A DNA stretch of 64,000 nucleotides from a virus. The notes under the pieces were generated by a model. That model was given only the letters and a program-made list of their open reading frames with translations. It had not been told where the DNA came from and did not search any database. The stretch covers positions 1 to 64,000 of the IMG/VR virus record IMGVR_UViG_3300028837_000518; one strand, written 5' to 3'. This document shows, piece after piece, positions 61,791-64,000 of the stretch (positions within the stretch are counted from its first letter, which is position 1; every line of letters starts with the position of its first letter). The position numbers were made by a program, and so were the translations under genes.

Positions 61791-62001
61791 TATAGGAGGA
61801 AAAGAATGAGTCGCTTTATAGTTGCAGTATCGGATAATGATGTTGAGAACTTGCTAGACGAGTGTATAGAGCAAGATATAATTGGTGGGTCCAGGTTCGC
61901 GCAAATGACCTACGAGCAGGGTGTTGATGCGGCCTTGCGTTGGGTTATAGGGCTTGCTGATGAGCACCCTCTACACCCTCTATCAAACACGTAGGTAGCA
62001 A

Positions 62002-62151
62002 GCTCGGGTAGCTGGTGCTACTGTAGCTCACTTTCTCAGTCGGCTTCATTAAAGTACGACGACTTAACGAGACACGGGGGGATGTGAGACCGTAAAATGG
62101 CACCAAGCGTCGTGAACAGGTGTCAAGCTGGTTCGATTCCGGCCCCGGGCT
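62002..62151 (+). ncRNA. tRNA-like RNA with large central insert
   Basis: GCTCGGG/CCCGGGC 7-bp acceptor followed by TAGCT; GCTGG-TTCGATT-CCGGC T-arm; internal hairpins. Confidence 0.6.
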
Positions 62152-62773
62152 ATAGCATAAAGGAGGAGTGATGTGGCAGAACTACTTATCAACACTGATG
62201 AGGTTAGTGCAGCATTTCTTGACTGTCTTTACAGTATGGAAGAAACAGGTAATTATATGCCGGCCGATGCTGTTGTCGTGAAGGGAATCTTAGGTAAATA
62301 TGGGTTTCATCCTGCTCGCTTAGAGGCGAATCGTGCGCGAGTTGCAGAATGGTTAGTTACTCTTCCCAATGCCTTTCGATCAAGTGCAAGCGATGGGTGG
62401 GGTTGGACTTTTCTAAAAGCCTGTTATCAAGAGAATGGTGTACAGTGGACGAGCTTTCACCGCCACATGGAGCAACTCTTTTGCCTCGGGCTTGGCCTCG
62501 GCCCAGTTCGCTCTACTATAGAACGCCGATACTGGCCTTATCTCGCCGGCGGAATGCCATACTATGTGATTAATCTATAATGATTAAGTTTATACGGTTT
62601 AGAACTACGCGACTATTTACCATCGGCGTCACCTGGTATAAGCGCGCAAACTATTGGGATAAAGGGAATCTAACTTTAGCCCTTGGGCACTTACGACTGG
62701 GTATTCAATATGGTCACACCTTTTTCCCCACTTTCCCTTGGGGGTTTGACCACTTTAGATAAGGAGATAGAGT

Positions 62774-63364
62774 GTGAAGGTTACGCTTCTTCATATTACT
62801 GCAAATGCTACAGAGTTAATTGAGGATGCCGGACGAACAGCATGGGCATCATCCGGCCGAAAATCCGAGGGAAGTGATAGTGTCTTTATAGGAAGGCTGA
62901 TACATCTGGGGCATCTTAGTGTTTTGGAACATGCAACAGCCACGTTTAGAATTGAGGATATCTCACGAGCATGTTCGCATCAAGTCGTCCGTCATAGACT
63001 TTGTTCATGCACTCAGCGTTCACAACGATATGTTAACGAGCAGTCATTTGAATATGTTATGCCCGCGAGTATAGCATCTCATCTGACGGCCTGTACTAGT
63101 TTTACACGGGCAATGAATTATGCGAGGATGATGTATCGCGAACTACGTCGTATGGGGATTCCCAAGGAGGACGCTCGATTTGTTTTACCAAATGCAACAC
63201 GTACTGAGATTGTAATAACTGCCAACCTTCGACAGTGGCGACACATGATTGAGCTACGAACCAGCAAACACGCACAGTGGGAGATTAGAGAAGTTATGAT
63301 GGCAGTGTTGCGGATACTAAAAGATGAAGTTCCTGCTGTCTTTCTTGACTTTGGAATAGTGTAG
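62774..63364 (+). CDS. thyX: FAD-dependent thymidylate synthase
   Basis: GHLSVLEH, SRACSHQVVRHR, QRSQRYV, EDARFVLP, NLRQWRH..ELR...AQWEIR. Confidence 0.95.
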   Translation: MKVTLLHITANATELIEDAGRTAWASSGRKSEGSDSVFIGRLIHLGHLSVLEHATATFRIEDISRACSHQVVRHRLCSCTQRSQRYVNEQSFEYVMPASIASHLTACTSFTRAMNYARMMYRELRRMGIPKEDARFVLPNATRTEIVITANLRQWRHMIELRTSKHAQWEIREVMMAVLRILKDEVPAVFLDFGIV

Positions 63365-64000
63365 CCATCGCGGGAGGATTTCTACCAAAATGACAACAGT
63401 AATAACACGCAGAGAGCTTGAAGTGATAATGGCAGAATCAGATTCATACTCTATTGGGGAACGCGCTACTTGGATGGAATCTCTCATTCATACAGTATCA
63501 GTACTGTATGAACAGCTGAAAAAACTAGAGTGGTCTAGCCAGACAGGTTTCATATATTTTTGCCCTGTATGCAACCGCTTACCTTCCTCTGGACACAGTA
63601 AACATTGCGGACTAGGAAAGCTGCTGGCGTGAATGGGTAGAACATTAAATACCTTTAAGGAATACCTGCAGTGCTGTCGTTGCGAGGAACGTGCAGGGGC
63701 GCACGCCAGAGCTTTGCGCGAGAACTCTTGGCGGACTGACCGAGCAGTAGAGTGGGTGTGCTATACAATACGAATACCACATCTCATCTCTATATGGGCA
63801 GAGAACGAATTGGATGCTCGTTATAGAGTTTTGCAACAGCTAATGGATGATGGCCGGTGGTGGGCATACTGGGTCTGTACGCGAAAAGGATATGGAGTGA
63901 GTAGAGTGGGTTGTCCTAAAGACAACATATGGCTACCTATAGATTGGTGTTATGTTTTTAGATCGGAGTAAAAAATAACGCGACTTCGCACAGCAGCACG

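Noticed and set aside
60200-62151. tmRNA
   Set aside because: The elements are about 150 nt, lack the canonical tmRNA ends (GGGG at 5', CCACCA at 3') and show no tag reading frame.

Overview
A 64-kb segment of a tailed dsDNA phage with siphovirus-like organisation; no integrase, DNA polymerase or clear lysis cassette is visible in the window. Positions 1-23.8 kb form a minus-strand morphogenesis arm: partial tail fibre, tail proteins, tape measure, two tail-tube paralogues, protease-scaffold-capsid fusion, portal, terminases, and a glycosyltransferase/epimerase/methyltransferase cluster. It carries near-consensus sigma70 promoters. From 24.1 kb onward, about 100 mostly small plus-strand genes include ruvB, clpP-like, thyX, an adenine methyltransferase and five tRNAs. 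Two loci stand out. (1) At 45.15-47.75 kb, six Y-RNA-like RNAs interleaved with three tRNAs lie directly upstream of a Ro60/Rsr (TROVE-vWA) gene. Each RNA has a GGUCG/(C)UUAUC-type bulged helix and an upper stem followed by UUAUC or a close variant. (2) At 33.98-36.98 kb there is a complete four-gene E2-JAB-E1-ubiquitin-like operon. Also notable: four acceptor/T-arm tRNA mimics lacking a normal anticodon arm, a DnaA-box cluster, a LexA-type box, and ten single in-frame stop codons in accessory genes, many at plausible Trp positions. All calls come from manual motif and base-pair reading; no database searches were run.
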